Positions 50,667 through 64,000 are shown, numbered from the stretch's first letter. The stretch: 64,000 nucleotides of DNA from Microthyrium microscopicum (GCA_010405405.1 MU004234.1:1887275-1951274); one strand, 5' to 3'. Notes: generated by a model from the letters alone, not told the origin. A program made the numbers and translations.

Positions 50667-52936
50667 ATGGAGAACTTTGCCCACAGCGCTGAAGGTTTGG
50701 TACCTCGCTCTACAGGTCAGCCTGACGACGAGGAAGACACGCGGGAACCCGATGGAGAGGTATCGTCCGATGTAATCGAACAATTCACTGAAGACGACGG
50801 ATCTGAACAATCACCTATAGACAACAGACTCAAGCCAAACTTTGTCATAACAAGCACAGAAAATGGACATGTGCTGTGTGAAGTGTGTACGGCCATGCTC
50901 ACGAGAGCTCTCGCTGAGACGCCGGAATTTACTGGGGTCGAAGACTGGAACTGGGTCGCAGACTGGGTCGAGGGTCAGCATCACCAGACTTTGGAATCAT
51001 TTACCCGTGCTGTAGGCATGTCATGCTACTTTTGCCTGAGATGGAACCCAGAAACTTCATTCAGCGAAGAAGACTCGGTCCAGTGGGCAATAAATGTCCA
51101 GAACTACCCCAAATTCCACTTTACTGTTTGTATGAGTATGAAGAGCTCGGACCAATTTTTCTTCGAAACAAAATTCGGACATGCCCCTAAACATTTAGAA
51201 GCCAGCCAAGCAGGCAACAGTAAGTCACAAATCGTAAGTAGTGTCTTAGGGATCCGAACTCAAACTTCTTAGACTCAGCGTCACATCAGCCAGTTCTTGT
51301 CAATGAGAGCTATGAGATACGGAATCATAGCTCATATCGAACAGTGAAACAAGACTTAAGCGATGGGAGTGAGCACAGTCACAGCATATTGGCAGGCCCA
51401 ACAAACAACACCGGGCACCCTTTACTGCTGAAGCTGGCTCACCAGTGGCTAGAGATATGCTGCCGAGATCATTCTTGCGGCAATTCCCAAGACCATTCGT
51501 GGCGTCCAAAACGTCTTATCGATGTGAATGAACGACGGCTCATTTTGACGAACCGAAGTATGTTTCCAGAGGCATACGCGACACTATCTTATTGCTGGGG
51601 CCCGAATCCAAACTTCTATACTCTGACGGCGGCTAATATTGATTCCGTGTGCTCTGCTTTGCCTACGTGGGCTTTACCTCAGGCATTCTTAGATGCCATG
51701 GAGGTTACACGTGCTTTGGATATCAGATATCTCTGGATCGATGCCCTTTGCATCGTACAAAACTCGAATACCGATTGGCAAGAGCAAAGCTCCGTAATGG
51801 GCAAGATCTACGCGAATTGTGTGGTCAATATTTCACTTTCTGTTCCGACTACACCAGAGCAGAGTGCTTTTTCTTCCAGAGATAAAGTTGTGCGCGACAA
51901 CTTCAATGCACTGCTCCCACTCAGGTTAAGAGCTATCTCTAGCGGCGTGGAGTTTACCTTCCAAGAACATTCCACTATGGAGGAATTCAAAGTGTCTCCG
52001 CTCACCAAGAGAGCCTGGATTTTGCAAGAGAGGCTCCTATCTCCTCGAATCTTAACTTTGGGACGAGAAACCTTGTTCTGGGAATGTTCAAGCTCACATT
52101 TTAGCTCAGAAACATGGCCTCGCTCTCTTCCGGGATACGACCATATGCTAGAGCGGTATCCATTCGCACATCGCCTAGATTTACAGGAGGAAAATTCAGA
52201 CGTAGGTCTACTGTTTGAAAGTTGGCGCACCATCATCTACGACTATAGTCAACGAAGCTTGACCAAGTCATCTGACAAGCTCGTGGCTATCGCTGCTATT
52301 GCTGAACAATATAGTACTCTCATTCAAGACCAAGAGTATCTTGCGGGCCATTTCAGGACTACCCTATTGCTACATCTCTGCTGGGAGGCAATGTATGGTT
52401 CAAAACGCATTGAACCTGCATCAGCACCGACCTGGAGCTGGGCTTCCAGGACTGGAGGTATCTTCATAAGACCTAAACCTCGGCAGGAGGAGAAGGAGCA
52501 CTATCTCCAGGACGGGCGGTCAGTCAACGCGCAGCTCATACATGCTAAAGTGGACTTGGTGGATCCATCTAATCGTTTTGGACAAGTATCTGGCGGTCGA
52601 ATAGTTTTAAAAGGATATGTCGGCGAGATTGAAGATCTTATGAGGTGTACAGAAGGCTACTATATCAACTGGGATTCAAAAAGCGATGGAGAGATGTGCG
52701 AAAAAAATGATGAGAACTATGCCTATATTCTGGTGTATGCGACATTTTCAGAAATTTCAGCAGGAATGTGGTCACTTCTTCTCAAGGAGGTTACGGGGAC
52801 AATCCGTGGAAATAGCAAAGAAAGAGTCTTTGAAAGAGTTGGCGTCGTTCACCCAGTTTCAATCTACAACGGCAAAGACAAGAACATACAAAACGTCTTG
52901 AAACATAGTCGCATCGAAACTATAACCATAATCTGA
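50667..52936 (+). CDS. HET-domain (heterokaryon incompatibility-type) protein, ~714 aa (intron 51220-51344)
   Basis: PKRLIDV, YATLSYCWG, YLWIDALCIVQ, MGKIYAN, RAWILQERLLSPRIL, PTWSWAS; the intron joins the two ORFs in frame. Confidence 0.92.
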
Positions 52937-53201
52937 GTCGGGATTCGTATGGCGCTACATTGACTCTCAAAACGCTTGATTCTTAGAAGTGGCTGTTCAT
53001 GTGTAGTCAGTAAATTTCAGACCCGCCAAGGGTATCAATATAATCTATTCTATCGATGTTTTTGATACCGCAGCTAAGAATGTTTACAATTGCGTCCTCC
53101 TCTACCATGCCCACGGCCGTTCGTCATGATATCAAACGATGGACGGCGTACTCTCATAACAAGTACACAAGCATGCCAATTCAGATCGATCATCTCCGTC
53201 C

Positions 53202-54547
53202 CTACGTAGAGCTCTCTACCTGATCAGCCCACGATGTCTTCTCGCCCACCGTCGATGACAACGACAACGGGTCCGCAACCTTCGTATCTTCCTTCGTCTC
53301 ATGCGCCGGCGTAGCCTTCTTATTCGGAAACTCCAGCGTGACGGGTCCTTTACTCGCGCCCTCCGTCGACGCTGGAGCAGCAGCGGGCAGCTCAGGAAAC
53401 TCATCAGGCTTAGGCGGCGCTTGCGCTTTCTCTTCCTTTTTCGGTGCCGCATGCCTACTAACATCACCACCAAAGCCACCTCTACCCCGTCCGCGACCTC
53501 TACCTCTGCCTCTACCCCCTCTCTCACCATTTCCCTCCTCTCTTATATCGCCAACCGCCTCACGTTCCCTCTCATGAACCGACCCAGTAACACCCCCATA
53601 CGCCCCCCTCCTCGCCCGTCTCCCATCCCCATCATCCCGTTCCTCATCCTTCTGCATATCCCACTCGCGTCCGCCCTGCGCCTGCAACTTGCGCATACGA
53701 TTCTTCTCCCGCTCGCCCATCATCTGCTGTCTATTCGCACGCTCCTCTTTCCGTTTCACAGCCGCTTCAGCTTCTCGCTGATGGAATGATTCCTCATCTG
53801 CTTGGGAGCGTGCGTGCTTGGCCATTAGGGATGCGTTTTTGATTTTCATTTCTTCGAGTTTGGTGGCGAGGGCTTCGGGGGTGAGTTTGTCGCGTTTGAG
53901 ACCGCCGGTGCCGGAGCGGTCGCCGCGGACTGCTGCGACGCGGGCTTCGGCGTTGTCTTCTGTGGGGGCGGCGGTGGTGGTGTTGTCGGGTTGGGTTGGT
54001 GGTGGTGCGGTGGTTGGTGTGGGTTCTTTGGGTTCTTTGGGTTCGCGGATGTCTTTGGTGAAGAGCTCTTTGCCGGCGTTGTTGTTGCGTGGAGGACCGG
54101 GTGCGCGGTTTCCTCGTGGGCCATTGTTGGCGCCGCGACGTGGACCGCGGGGGATTTGTTGATGTGTGCCACGAGAAGAAGGATGGTCATGTTGTGGAGG
54201 GATGTCGGGGAGAAGGGGTTCTTCGTGGTCTGCATGGAAGACTGGTTCGGCAGGAGCGGGTTCGTCGAGAGGTGTGAAATCGTCGTCGAAGAGATCGTCT
54301 GGTGGTCGTGTTTGCGCAAATTCGTCGATGGGGTCTTCAGCGGGATAGGATGTATCAGCTGGCGCTTCTATTGGCGCGTGTGTCTAGTGAGGAGTAAGTA
54401 GTGTGTCAAAAGTGCTTAAGTGCGGGCTGCGTATACCTGTGGTACGGGCTCTGACGTGATTGTGGGTGGTTGTGTTGGCGCATTTTCGGTTGGAGGTGCG
54501 GTTGGTTGTACTGGTGGAGTCGCAGTTGCCCAGCGAGAGGATTGCAT
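53202..54547 (-). CDS. Fungal hypothetical protein, Pro- and RG/RGG-rich, coiled-coil (2 exons)
   Basis: ATG 54547, short intron ~54.39-54.44 kb, open frame DDLFDDDF...AVRGDRSGTGG...EEMKIKN...RGRGRGRG. Confidence 0.75.
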
Positions 54548-55052
54548 TGTGAGAGTTTTTTGTGGCTGTCGTACTGTAAGACTGGATGAAGCAATAGTAT
54601 TATATAACGTCTGATGAGCGATAGAGGTTCAGGTTTGCGACAGAATCAAAGTTGTAAAGCTGGAGATGTAGTGGTGGAGGTTAGGATGGTGGATCTTCAA
54701 CGCGACGCCTCTTACTGCATAAAATGCCACCTCGCATGAAACCACGGTCACCAGGCGCTCATGGCTCTAAACTCGAGATCTTGAAAATGACATAGTTTCA
54801 GTCTAGCCATAAAGCTCACAGTAAGGATAGCAGTGATGAGGAAATTGATACGAATATGGTTGATATAATTTAACGAGGCTCTTGAGATCTTATAACGTTA
54901 TAAATCATGCAACCAAGTACTCCCACAAGTCATGCCATCGAATATGAGAGATCACTGATTCTCTCTTTACAGAGCAGGGTAATGCAAATAAATCAGATAC
55001 CATCAGCCGGTTCTGTCAGTCCAGGTCAAACGCCCACAGGGCCCACAAGTAT

Positions 55053-56326
55053 CTATTCCCAATCCTCCTCTTCATCACTCTCCTCAATCCGCTTGATCTC
55101 GCGTGGGCTGCCACCTGCTCGACTCGCTGCTCCACTGACTAGATCATATGATGCATCGCTATCAGGCTGTGAAAGAACGTCTGATGGTTTGAGATTTGAT
55201 GAAATAGGTAGTGGTTTGTCTCCTTTGGGCAGTGTGGGCGTTGACCTTGAAGCATTGGGAGTTGATGTGTCTTCTTCGTCCGAGTCTTCATCCCAGGCGA
55301 CTCCTTCTTCGTTTGCATTCGATACAGCGCCTGTACACGGGTCAAAATTGGAAATCGTACGATATACACCAGACCTACCTTGTAGAAGCTCTTTTCTCCG
55401 CTGTTCCTCAAGCTCAGCCACTCGTTTGAGAAAGTAATATCGGCACCAAAACGTAGCATAGTCCACTCGTTCAGGCACAAGAGCCTCCATTGCCTTTCTT
55501 AGCTCTTCATGTTTCTCGAGGTCTGCACTAATCGTCTCCGTCCGGCTGTTGACATTGAATTCTTTTGTCCACGCATCATATTCTGGGCCTGCGGGGTCTT
55601 TAAGGAAGCTGTCTAGACTGGAATGAATGACGTGAAGCTGTGCATCTAGACGATTGGTATGAATGATTCTCTTTCCATCCGAGTCTTTACTCTCAAAAAG
55701 AATCTTGTTTGGCTGTGACTCGTCAACAAACTCCACTGGTGGAGCAATGCTAACAGCATCTTTGAGGAACGATTTGATATTGCTACCCAGCTTCAAGAGA
55801 GCTTCATCGGCCGCATCTTCAGCTTTCTCGATGTCTTTTAGGCGCTTTGCAGCCTCTTCGCGGAATCTGGAGACTATAGATTGTGCCTCTTTGACAATAT
55901 CCTTGGGAAGCGATTCTGGTCTATCTGGGTGTTCCTCCTTTGGGGCTTCTGCTCCAGCTTCGGTAGCAGCAGAATCCTCGGTCTCTGTAGCTTGATCAGG
56001 TTGAAGTAGGGATAAGGATCTTGTACGGCTGACTAGGTCGGTCCAGCCTTTGGAAGCGGTGGTAGTCGCAGTGGTGTTTAGCTTTTGCGCCTCTTCGAGG
56101 TATGGCTCGCTCTGGTCACAGTTAGCATGATAGGTTGTATGAGCCAGTCAATCCAACTCACAGCTTTCTTGACTGTACCCCACAAGCCACCAAGAGTAGC
56201 TCCCCATGGGCTATTTGCAACAGCCTGGTATGCTTCCTGAAACTCGGTATTGAGGGATGCTTGGGTGGGTGTATCGGGGTCCTTGGGGAAGTTTTCTTCC
56301 TGAATATGGTCATATGCTGAGTCCAT
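55053..56326 (-). CDS. BSD domain protein (Dos2-like), multi-exon
   Basis: [11 protein letters not shown]...[31 protein letters not shown] motif; acidic EEDWE end. Confidence 0.85.
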
Positions 56327-56611
56327 GTTGACCGAATGACGACATGGAAGAATTGATAATAGGTATTAGGACGGCGTAAACTTGAAAGTGTAGGTGGAAT
56401 GTTTGGGTGAAGCAAAGGAGGCTCAAGGTGGAGTGAGGAGCATGGGGCAAGGATCGGTGAATCAAAGGGGCGACACATGAATGACAGCTGAAGATTGAGT
56501 CTCACTTTTTGCATGCATCAAGATGTAACCACTCTGAAAATGATCAAGCAAGCGCTTCATAACCTTCATAAAGTCGTGACAGTAATTTGGCGACTATCGT
56601 GCAGATGATAT

Positions 56612-57181
56612 TCACCTCCGCCGTCCCACGACCTTCGTAAACCCGTCCTCGTCTACCTCGGGCGCGATCTTTTGCCGCGACGGCTTCTCTACAACATCTT
56701 CCATCGACTCGTCTTCATCATCCTCATCATCGTCCAAATCAGACTCGTCGTCGACAGAATCCTCATCATCCGACGATGGCCCAACACGAGTAGCGCGAAC
56801 CTGACTCTTCTTGTTTTTCCAGTGCGCCCACAGCGCATCAACGCTCGCAGCATTCCCTCGTTGTAATTCTTGCTTGATTTGTAGAATGCCAGCCGCAATG
56901 TTCACCTCGCTACCATCTTCGACCGCGACTTCAAACTCGTCTTCCATAACTTGTAGTAGTATTTCCTCGAGGTCTACAGAGTCGGTTTCGGGATTGGATT
57001 GGAATATTTCGGATAGGGCGCCGGCGAACCAGGCTCGTTTGTCTGCGGACTCGTTGCCTCCCCATTGGTTTTGTACGGCGAGTGTGAGAGCTTCCCAAGA
57101 GTTGAGGACTAGAGAGATTCCAAGATCGAACTTTGCTTGAAGTTGGGCAGGAGTAGGCGCGGAGGAGGTAGTGGTGGCCAT
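56612..57181 (-). CDS. TSR2: Pre-rRNA-processing protein Tsr2 (WGG domain)
   Basis: WEALTLAVQNQWGG...LEEILLQVMEDEFEVAVEDGS; C-terminal DEDGFTKV. Confidence 0.9.
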   Translation of the reverse strand: MATTTSSAPTPAQLQAKFDLGISLVLNSWEALTLAVQNQWGGNESADKRAWFAGALSEIFQSNPETDSVDLEEILLQVMEDEFEVAVEDGSEVNIAAGILQIKQELQRGNAASVDALWAHWKNKKSQVRATRVGPSSDDEDSVDDESDLDDDEDDEDESMEDVVEKPSRQKIAPEVDEDGFTKVVGRRR

Positions 57182-58244
57182 GTTGGCGATGAGTGTAGAA
57201 ACGAGTAGTTTGTTGGAGTATATCGGTGTGTTGATTTTGGACTTTGGTTGTTGGATCAAAAAAAATATCAGGCAAAGCGATGATGGATGAAAATGTGGGG
57301 TCATGATTTGGTGGCAGGGATGCAGGTTTGCTGTTTGCAGCCCCCTACCCCAGAAAGCATACCCCACGACTGTTCTTGTCCTCCAGGCTCCAGATCCTTC
57401 ACTTCCACTTTCATACTTGTATTTTTATAGTGCACAACATATAAGCATCGGAAATTTAAATGTCTATTTCTGTTTACGCGCTTTTTGCAAGCGATAGTGC
57501 TCCCACCAGTAACAAAATGGCAACAACCTACTTGACAAGCCGCGGCCAAAGAATGGGCAGGCGTAGGGCACAGAAGTTGCTTATTCTTGTCCTTTCAGAT
57601 GTTACCGGTACATCAGACATTTCCGCGTGCTCAGCAAGGAGATTTCTGACACTAAACTAAGCTATTGGCACTTTGGAACAATGGTACCTGCGTCTCCATT
57701 CATTTGCCCAGTTCTTCAGCTGTACTGAATAATATGCATCCCGCATTTTAGCTCCTGATCATCCTATCTAACGTCATCATCATCTCTCGAGTGCTCTTTG
57801 GCATCTTCTCTCAAAAGTATGATCCCTTCACTCTTTCTGCTTTGACCGCATTCATACGCTATACCGATTACCGCCAGACTATCCCTGCCATTCTTCAATG
57901 CAACTACCTTTGGCGCGTCTCTATACAGGCACGAGAGGTACCTGCACATGTGTACAGTGTGCCGAGTAGATTCCTGCTCAGATAGATGAATTAGGAAGTT
58001 GCGATTCCTCCAAACTCTCTTACGTTTCCTCTATCATACCTCTTCTATCTCAACTCTACATCCTAGTATCACCAAGCTTTCGATTGACTATCTCAATGCA
58101 TTTTTATCTTCTACTACGCACCCATCCTTCAAACCCTATCAACAACCTCAACTCTTTCCTTCTGCGCCGTGTCTAGTATTCAGCTCTACTACTCGATCAC
58201 TTTCCTGAGGTTGTACACCGCTTATTCCACCTCATGCTATCAAG

Positions 58245-61200
58245 ATGCCTATAAACACTATTGGCATTGTCGCCTCCGTGTCACCTACAGTTGTCGGTAC
58301 ATGTGTTTCTCACGTAAGTATACATCCATTTTGGCGAAACTCATCAATTGATCTCTATCCAGTACACCAATCGCAAACCACGAAAACATAAACCAACTGC
58401 TCATATATCATATGATCTTGGTCTAAATGTCGTCCGCCATTTCATCAAATATATGGCCAAGCATACCGTCGAGGATGTCCAAGATTTTACCGCCCAATGG
58501 ATTCCAGCTCCCACTTGGGTCAAGCTAGAGCCAGTCTCAATATCTCAGAACTTTTCGGATACAGCAGCCAAGCATCTCATAGCCCAACTTGGTTCCAAGG
58601 GTGTCGCCGAAGTTGGAGGAGTCAATTGGTGGCAATGGCGCAAAAAGCAAGCCCCTTTAAAAGCTGAATGGATTGAAATGCGCAAAGACCATCAGGCTAG
58701 AGGAAGCAATAAAAGTACCAGGATTCTGTTTTACATCCATGGAGGAGCCTATTACTTTGGTAGTGTCGACGAACATAGGTATCAAATCCAACGACATGCT
58801 CGAAAGCTCAAAGCGAGAGCCTTTGCTCCGCGATATCGTCTGGCTCCACAGTTTCCCTTTCCGTGCGGACTTCACGATTGTTTGACTGCTTACCTCCATC
58901 TCTTGTCCGAGTATGATCCGAGTACTATTTTGTTTGCTGGAGATTCAGCTGGTGGCGGCATGGCAGCCAGCCTGTTGGTCCTTTTGCGAGATCAAGGTCT
59001 ACCTTTACCTGCTGGAGCTATGCTTTTGAGTCCATGGGTGGATTTGACTCATTCCTTTCCAAGTATTCTAGGAGATGGAAAGCTGGACTATATTCCAACT
59101 CAAGGTTTCATTCATATGCCATCGATATCTTGGCCTCCTCCACGCTTGGCTCCTGAAAAGGGGTTCAATGAAAGGCCCATCAGATCTGAAACGGAACCAC
59201 CAATGGTATCAGACAATGGAATAGATATATATACCCCAGGACCCGATTACACACTTGATGGCTCCAAGCCAGACGAACCAAAACTGGAACTATCTGTACC
59301 TGCCGAAACTAAGAATTCCAGTGAAGCTCCGGAAACATCTGTAGCAGCAACTGGAGCCAGCTCTGACAGATCAGATGGGACTACTACTGAGCATGTAACC
59401 TCAAGTCCAACAAATCCCCCAACTACCACGAGTGGTGTCTTGTCAAATGGAACCAGCCGACCACCATCTACCACTACACCCGATCCATCCACGCCTCCAG
59501 CAAGACCGAATTGGATCCCATCACATATCCCTTCTCACCAAGCAACCCCTCGTGTCTCCGTCGACGGGACCGAAACCTACATCCTAGAACAAATTCAACT
59601 CTACGCACCAAACTTCCAGCTCTTCAACCCACTCGTCTCTCCCGCCCTATCACCCTCCCTCGGCGGTCTCTGCCCACTCCTCATCCAAGTCGGTTCCGGC
59701 GAACTCCTTAGCGATGAACAAGTCTATTTTGCCCACAAAGCCGCCAACCCACAAGCATTTCCTAGCAACGACGAAATCATGGATCGCTGGGATCCTGACC
59801 GTGAAAGTCTAAACAAATGGGGTCCAACGAACGTGCAGTTACAAGTCTGGGATGATCTGTGCCATGTCCCGCACACTTTGGCTTGGACAAGACCGGCAAA
59901 GTACATGTATCGCAGTGTAGCGCAATTTGGCGCATGGGCACTCGCAAGGGCTCAAAAAACGACCATTGACATCGATGATGATGACAGTGGGAGTGATTCC
60001 GAGGAGGGCAGTGAGCGATGGGTCGACGCGAGCCGTAGTCCGGTCGGATCGATTGTTGTTCCACGAGAGGCGCAACTTGATGGTGGTGAAGGCGGGTTGA
60101 GTACGCTGGCGAATGCAGACGAAACGACGTTGAAAGCCCAGGCCATTGATCAAGGAACAGAGCCCGCTGTTCCTGAAAGAACGTCGTCGAATCAGGCTAA
60201 TGGTTCGGCTTCAACGCCATCAACTGAACTAGTCGACTCTATAACAACCGACTCGCAAGCCACGGTAAGATTTCCTGTCCCAAACCTATTTCCCTAATGG
60301 CATTTCATGAAACCAAAAACAAATGCATCTCCCACCGCAGTCGATGGCTACCATCGAGTGTTGTTGCTCTCACCGAATGCGATTCGTATTTTATGATTCA
60401 TACCGAAAACATCAAATTCGTCTTTTCAATCACATTCTTTTACGATTTTCGATGGAACCAAAATCATTGCATCTCCCATCGCATTCGATCGCCATCATAG
60501 TATACGTTGCTGTTCGAGTGCCATGGCTCCCAGCAGATGCGATGGCTCATGAACAATTCCACGGCATTTTGCCTTTTAATTCGAAATCATGTTACTGACG
60601 GTTATGTTAGGCCTCCCCAGCTAATAACAACACCTCCACCCTCCCATCCATCAATGAACCGACCGGCACAATCGGCAAGGCTGGCGATGCGCTGCCACCT
60701 TTCGAAGAACATATGATCCGGCAACGTGTTGATCGACACGGCAGCGTCTACCCAATGGGTCCGCCTTCACTTTTCTTCTCCTTACGTCTTAAGACCAATA
60801 CCATTGGTATCGTGAAAGAGCCTGCTGTGCATCGCTGGCTTGAACGCCAAAAGAAGTGGGAGAAGAAATGTAGCCGTAAACGGGCAGCCGCAGATGCCAA
60901 AAGGAGCAAGATAGAATCTGCCGGTTTACCAGTTGGCATGGATGGTGAGACCCCGCCACCTACTGCGTTGGTAAGACGGTGGGTCGGCGAGCAGAAAGCA
61001 CCTGGAAGGAGAAAGAGGGGTATGGATGAACTTAAGAAGAGAAAGATGGGTGTGGGACTTAAATGGTGGTCTGGTTGGGGCTCTAAGCATGATGAGGAGA
61101 CGGTAAGTTATCCCAAATTTAGACAAGCCAAGCCTCCTTTTGCCAAAATGTTGTAACTAACGTAATGATACAGATAGCAAATCAAACCGTCAACGACCGC

Positions 61201-61845
61201 CGAACCACATCATCACCTCTACCTCCAACCACCGGCCATCAACGCAAAGCCAGCATGGCCGAGCGTCGCAAGAGCGTCGTCGATGAAGGACAAGCAGATC
61301 ACCGAGCAATCCGATCAGGGCCTAATTCGCCAACACCGACTTCTGTGCGAGATCAACGACCACGTAGTCCGTCGTCAAACCTCCTTGAAGTTCCTATGCT
61401 TGATATCACGGGCCGAGCTGCTGGCACCGCAGGGTCATCATCAAAGTTTCGAGAAGTTTTGGAGCCACAAATCAACACCAAGCAGAATGGCAGTCCGGCA
61501 CCCGTTGTTGACAAGGGAAAGGGGCCTGTGGCGAAGACAGAGGAAGCTCCCACTGTTATTGACAAGGGAAAGGGGAATGCTGCCAGTATAAACACAGCAC
61601 GTGAAGGACAAACTGGTAAGAACATCTCGCGTCAAGTCACACTTGACGACGTCTTAATCGTTACATTTCCCAGCGCGTTCGATGGCTCCCATAGCACGAG
61701 TCTTCAAACTAGTGCTATGGCTCCCACCAGATGCGATGATTCCCATCGCGTATTCTACAATTTCACAGACTGACAGATTTCAGGTGCAAGAGCGGTGCGG
61801 CCCGCAAGCGAACGCTTCTATTCGGCGGCAGAATATCCTACTTAG
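58245..61845 (+). CDS. Alpha/beta hydrolase (HSL-like lipase/esterase), 5 exons
   Basis: HGGAY oxyanion motif, GDSAGG nucleophile; introns 58314-58362, 60265-60610, 61103-61173, 61616-61783 give a continuous frame ending at TAG 61843-45. Confidence 0.85.
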
Positions 61846-62053
61846 AACCTAGATCCTTCCGCCTGATATCGTAAACAACCTACATAGAACCTATGACTCC
61901 ATCCTAATATTCCACCCACCATTTTTGACGTTTCTCCCATCAGCTTCGCTAGCTCCCATATGCTACAGTTATATCACGGAAAGCGTCAATTGTCAGAAGC
62001 AATGATCATTCTTCTTGACCTATTCATAGGTTTATGATAAATTACTAACAGAT

Positions 62054-62711
62054 TCACGATCGACCAGCCTCCATCTCAATATACTCCAGCACGCCCTCCA
62101 CCTTCCTCTTAAATTCCCCCCGTCTCAAATCCTCCTCCCGACAAGCAATCGCCATACAAACCAACGTCGAAATACTCCCAAACAGCAAAAACGCAAACAA
62201 CACATCCGAAATCGCATACTGAAACCAACTAAACCCCGAATTCCAGCCCGCAGCCCCCAACAGCGCACAAAAACATATCACGTCTATCCCAATTATCCAA
62301 CCAAGCACTGCCTGCCTCTTATACTCGAGGTAAGAGCCGCGCGCACAATGATATAAAGCGAAAGCGCTACCACCGAATCCGAGAATTGCCTATTGAAACT
62401 ATCAGCATGATATAGGGGATATACGAGGGCATGGAAGGACGTGCGGCGATGATTTCCCATATTGGTAGTTGCACCATCCAGGGATATTCGTAGGTATTGT
62501 AGTAGTCATAATCTTTGGTGATTGCTTTGCCGGGAAATAGTGTGACTGGAGACGCGAAGATGATTGTGCAGAGGATGAATACGTTGAATAGGAAGAAGAT
62601 GTTGAGTTTACGGAGTAGGAGGTGGAGGGGGTGGGCGGTTGGTCGCCTCTTTTTTAGGAGGGGTCTTGATGGTAGGTCTGGGTTGATTTTGTTGTTGAAT
62701 TTGCTGTCCAT
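62054..62711 (-). CDS. Hypothetical membrane protein (probably 2 exons)
   Basis: Two adjacent hydrophobic ORFs (62367-62741, 62054-62308) separated by a probable short intron. Confidence 0.5.
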
Positions 62712-64000
62712 GGTTGCTGATGAAGGAAAGGAGCATATCACTGATTGTGGAATTGGTGGTTTTGAATTTACAGGAGATTAGAGATCACGGTTGGAGAGGA
62801 AATGATGTGTACTTGAAGCTCTCATGACAATGAGTTCTGTACCTAATGAATAGCGCCTTGCAGGATTCACGATTGGCACAGCCTACTTCGTGCTTGACTG
62901 CGCCGCACCGCCTGGGAGTACTTAGGACCTCTACAAGGGACATTTCGAATCTTGAGAGCTGAAGATCTTCAAACTAGCCAATGTCTTGTCGATCGAATAC
63001 TCCATATAATTGGCTTGAAGTAAGGCAGTCTCGTATTCCGAACAATTTTAGTGTCGAGGCTAGTTTCTTACCTCTTCTCGGAAATATTTGACCTTGAAGG
63101 TATTACTCTCAATTACACAAGCATAGAACACATACTTGTTTGATGATGGCGATGTATGATTCCCTTGTTTCTGAGAAAAAGGCGCTTGTAAACTTTGCAA
63201 AATGTCGGCTGTTGAAATACCGTTTACGGTGTTTGCTAACACGACAGTTGTGGGATCAATTGGTAGGATTCAGCCTACGGAGTATTCCAATAACATGCGC
63301 AAAGGTCCTTGCGATATGTGGTAGTAAGCTCAAATGCAACTGGAATAGTCCTTTGAGCATGGCTTAGATGCGAAGGTTGGTCAAGTTCGGAATGCACTGT
63401 ATCAGGTTGGCGGCCAGCCTCATGGCAAGTTGACCAATGAGCAGAGAGGATCCACGCAAGGCTGATTCCAACCTAGGCTATCCAACTTGTGACCTACCCC
63501 TAAAGCTTCAAAGTTCCTCTGTGGTACTAAATAAATTTAAGCTTATGCTTCAGATCATAACACTTATACAATAATATCATATGGCTGAAATGACCTCGCG
63601 ACCTATCTAGGGTGATCGGATGGTAAGTCGAGGCGAGGCGGCAGTCAGTGGAGGGCTATTGTAGGCGGTGTATATAGAACATCTACTTGTCTACAGCATA
63701 ACTAACTAGTTTGTATAGCTTTCGATATCATTACATTGCCACGATACATTGTTTTCACAAGCATTCATTCACTCGTTAGTTTGAAAGTATCGAAATGTTG
63801 GGGGCTTGCATATTCGAAGTTTACATAACTTAACCAGGTATTACCAATGACTCAATGTATTTCGCTAACAACTTCTACCCATAAGTCTTCACAGGTTAAC
63901 GTCTTGTCGAGTCTCGCTTTGTTAAGCTCGAGAGTTTCTCACACTGACAGAATCAATCCACGATGGTACTGGAAAGTTTATATAAGGCGGGATTGGCACA

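Noticed and set aside
53216..54614. Several overlapping alternative-frame ORFs
   Set aside because: Shadows of the GC-rich, low-complexity minus-strand gene.
60311..60560. Canonical H/ACA snoRNA
   Set aside because: Two hairpins and a downstream ACA exist, but pocket-to-ACA spacing exceeds the canonical 14-16 nt and there is no convincing H box; kept only as an unclassified structured element.
63000..63430. Possible degraded gene on the minus strand
   Set aside because: Only short ORFs with stops and no recognisable motif.

Overview
Filamentous ascomycete genomic DNA (GT-AG introns with CTAAC/CTGAC branch sites, RIP signatures). Two gene-dense flanks (1-16.7 kb, 50.1-64 kb) hold about 14 genes: two F-box-like proteins, a small secreted Cys-rich protein, a divergent SDR/Zn2Cys6 pair, SurE, an S10 carboxypeptidase, a nucleotide-sugar transporter, HET, BSD/Dos2-like, TSR2, an alpha/beta hydrolase and hypotheticals, plus two MITEs. 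Between them is a 33.3-kb AT-rich, RIP-eroded block that the ORF track leaves almost empty. By eye it resolves into one hAT transposon (22-bp TIRs, 8-bp TSD ATGGAGAT, RIP-ed transposase, relic of a second intron-rich gene) with a five-level nest: an ORF1-only non-LTR element > Ty3/Gypsy A > (a tRNA-headed SINE-like element and a Tad-like LINE that share the same ~60-nt 3' tail) > Ty3/Gypsy D. Outside the block, two introns of the hydrolase gene carry three copies of a covarying hairpin of unknown function. All coordinates, splice models and alignments were read manually, and protein identities rest on motif recognition, not database searches.
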